Of a DNA stretch of 64,000 nucleotides, positions 62,595 to 64,000 are shown piece by piece. The stretch is taken from assembly GCA_045587025.1 (NCBI GenBank), contig JAZNBK010000041.1, positions 40,037 through 104,036 on the forward strand, read 5' to 3'. Position 1 is the first letter of the stretch. The number at the start of each line of letters is the position of its first letter. The stretch comes from Eubacteriales bacterium (GTDB lineage: Bacteria > Bacillota > Clostridia > Oscillospirales > CAG-272). Made by a program: the position numbers and the translations under genes. The notes beneath the pieces are model-generated. The model was not told where the DNA came from. It ran no database searches and saw nothing but the letters and a program-made list of their open reading frames with translations.

Positions 62595-64000
62595 CTATTT
62601 TTCGATCTTGCCCATTCTGGTATAATCAATTGTACGTAGGATATTGACGAAGGATGCATTCATTTCCTTGGTTATGGTATCCCATGCGGTTTCCGATATC
62701 GTGTAATTATAATCCCTGACACCTGGCATAATTTGTGAGTAATCGTACTTGTAGTAGTTGTTATAAATTGCGCTTGTGCCGTCGATAAAGCCCTTGTATA
62801 CCTCTACGTGATTAGTAATGACGTCATCGATAGTATCGCTCGGTCTCAATCCGCCTAAAATGAGGTTGTTGGATATAAACGCAAACGCGGGCTGTCTTTC
62901 AAGACGCTCCATTGCTGCGATATCGTCGTACGTTACGGTAAATCCATTTCCGTTTTCAGCCGTCAAGGTGCGCTCAGGCATTACTGCGATTTTGCCCGAT
63001 GCGTTGATATACTCGTATTCGGGAATATAAAGCATTGCTCCGTCCTCTACGTTTTTATAGACGAACTCTTTGCCTGAAAGTGTTTGCGGCTCGTAGGTAG
63101 GTCTGTAGCCGACGTCATACGCCGCCAAGATCAACTGAATACGTGAGAGGTTTGCCATATAATCGGGGAAACGTTGCTTCAACGCTACAACGTTAGACTG
63201 ATTCAGACGGTAAGCTACCTCTTCTCTTCTGTGTCCCGGCCACCAGTGACCTGCCTCGCTGTTTCTCGGATCTCCGTCGCCGTAGTAGTAATAGAACAAT
63301 CCTGATTCATTTATACTGTCACCGGTTACTATCATCTCTGTTCCTTCATCGGTGTCATATCCCTTCGCCGCCGCTATCTCCTCTGCGCTGCGGAACACCA
63401 TAATGTTTGCATAGCATACGTTTCCGTGTCCCGAGGATGAGTACCAGCCCTTATTGTAGTTAGAGGTCGAGCCAAGCGTGTTTACTATGTTTCCATACGA
63501 ATACACGCCGCTTGTTTTACCGTCGTTATAAATTGCGTTATGAGTTGCGTGGAAGTGGTGGAAGAGATTATAACGAATATGGTGTCCGCGGTTATTATAG
63601 CCGGTCATATATACCATACCGCCGTCGGTTACGTATTTATTTCCGCCTGCAAATTCATTATACTCTATGATGTTCTCTACACCTGTATTAGTCATACACG
63701 CGTCAAGGAAGGTGTTATGAGAAATGACCGCGCGGCACGCCGTTACGCTAAGTCCATACGCATTCGACGGACTTGTATCACGAACTATATTGTTCTGGAA
63801 AATTATATTGCTCGGCTTAAGTGTTTTCGTTGAATCCGCATTTGTAATATTAACAATAACTGCCTGAATTGAACGTGAGAACTCGGAATTTATTATAGCT
63901 GCATTATTAGTAACATGAAGTACCAAGCCCGAGTTGTTCGTATTCGTCGTCGAGATATTCTGCATTACGATATTATCGCAGCTGTAAGTATAGATACCCG
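62595..64000 (-). CDS. Beta-helix lipoprotein paralog C (5' part beyond window edge)
   Basis: The frame stays open to nt 64000. Upstream of the tracked Met it reads GIYTYSCDNIVMQNISTT, which aligns with GVYTFSCDNVVLQNISTT of paralog B. At least 467 aa are visible, collinear with the C-terminal 40% of A and B. Confidence 0.8.
   Translation of the reverse strand, partial: GIYTYSCDNIVMQNISTTNTNNSGLVLHVTNNAAIINSEFSRSIQAVIVNITNADSTKTLKPSNIIFQNNIVRDTSPSNAYGLSVTACRAVISHNTFLDACMTNTGVENIIEYNEFAGGNKYVTDGGMVYMTGYNNRGHHIRYNLFHHFHATHNAIYNDGKTSGVYSYGNIVNTLGSTSNYNKGWYSSSGHGNVCYANIMVFRSAEEIAAAKGYDTDEGTEMIVTGDSINESGLFYYYYGDGDPRNSEAGHWWPGHRREEVAYRLNQSNVVALKQRFPDYMANLSRIQLILAAYDVGYRPTYEPQTLSGKEFVYKNVEDGAMLYIPEYEYINASGKIAVMPERTLTAENGNGFTVTYDDIAAMERLERQPAFAFISNNLILGGLRPSDTIDDVITNHVEVYKGFIDGTSAIYNNYYKYDYSQIMPGVRDYNYTISETAWDTITKEMNASFVNILRTIDYTRMGKIEK

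Overview
This is a 64-kb chromosomal window from a moderate- to low-GC Bacillota (Clostridia-like) genome. It is roughly 90% coding, with 46 protein-coding calls. I saw no rRNA, tRNA, CRISPR, IS or prophage genes. Core content, in order: the 3' part of ligA; an FMN riboswitch with a ribU-like transporter; the str operon (rpsL-rpsG-fusA-tuf) and rpoB-rpoC on the minus strand, each with a near-consensus sigmaA-type promoter; a DUF554 gene, wecB and a modular lipoprotein cell-wall amidase; trmB, an mreB-like gene and recD2; a SAM-I riboswitch with metK; rpe and ispD-ispF; an 11-gene dcw cluster (mraZ-rsmH-ftsL-PBP-murE-murF-mraY-ftsW-murG-ftsQ-ftsZ) that lacks murD and ftsA; typA, a CNNM/CorC-type gene, rpmB, a ytvI-like gene and ppiB; and a DUF512-der-obg operon. 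Three parts are accessory or unexplained. (1) At 55.0-64.0 kb there is a head-to-tail array of three ~1200-aa paralogous beta-helix lipoproteins with mosaic, gene-conversion-like identity tracts. (2) At 19.8-21.5 kb there is a low-GC two-gene cassette: a small membrane protein plus a 417-aa protein whose unknown N-domain is fused to a TaqI-like adenine-methyltransferase core with an NLPF variant motif. (3) At 44.2-44.4 kb a dense cluster of GCGATAT/ATATCGC heptamers forms nested inverted repeats between convergent ftsZ and typA. Several ORF-track starts are over-extended (metK, mraZ, rpsG, rpoB, trmB, ispD, rpmB, DUF512, paralog A); I corrected them from RBS and start-codon context. All family calls rest on motif recognition by eye. 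No database search, HMM scan or RNA folding could be run.
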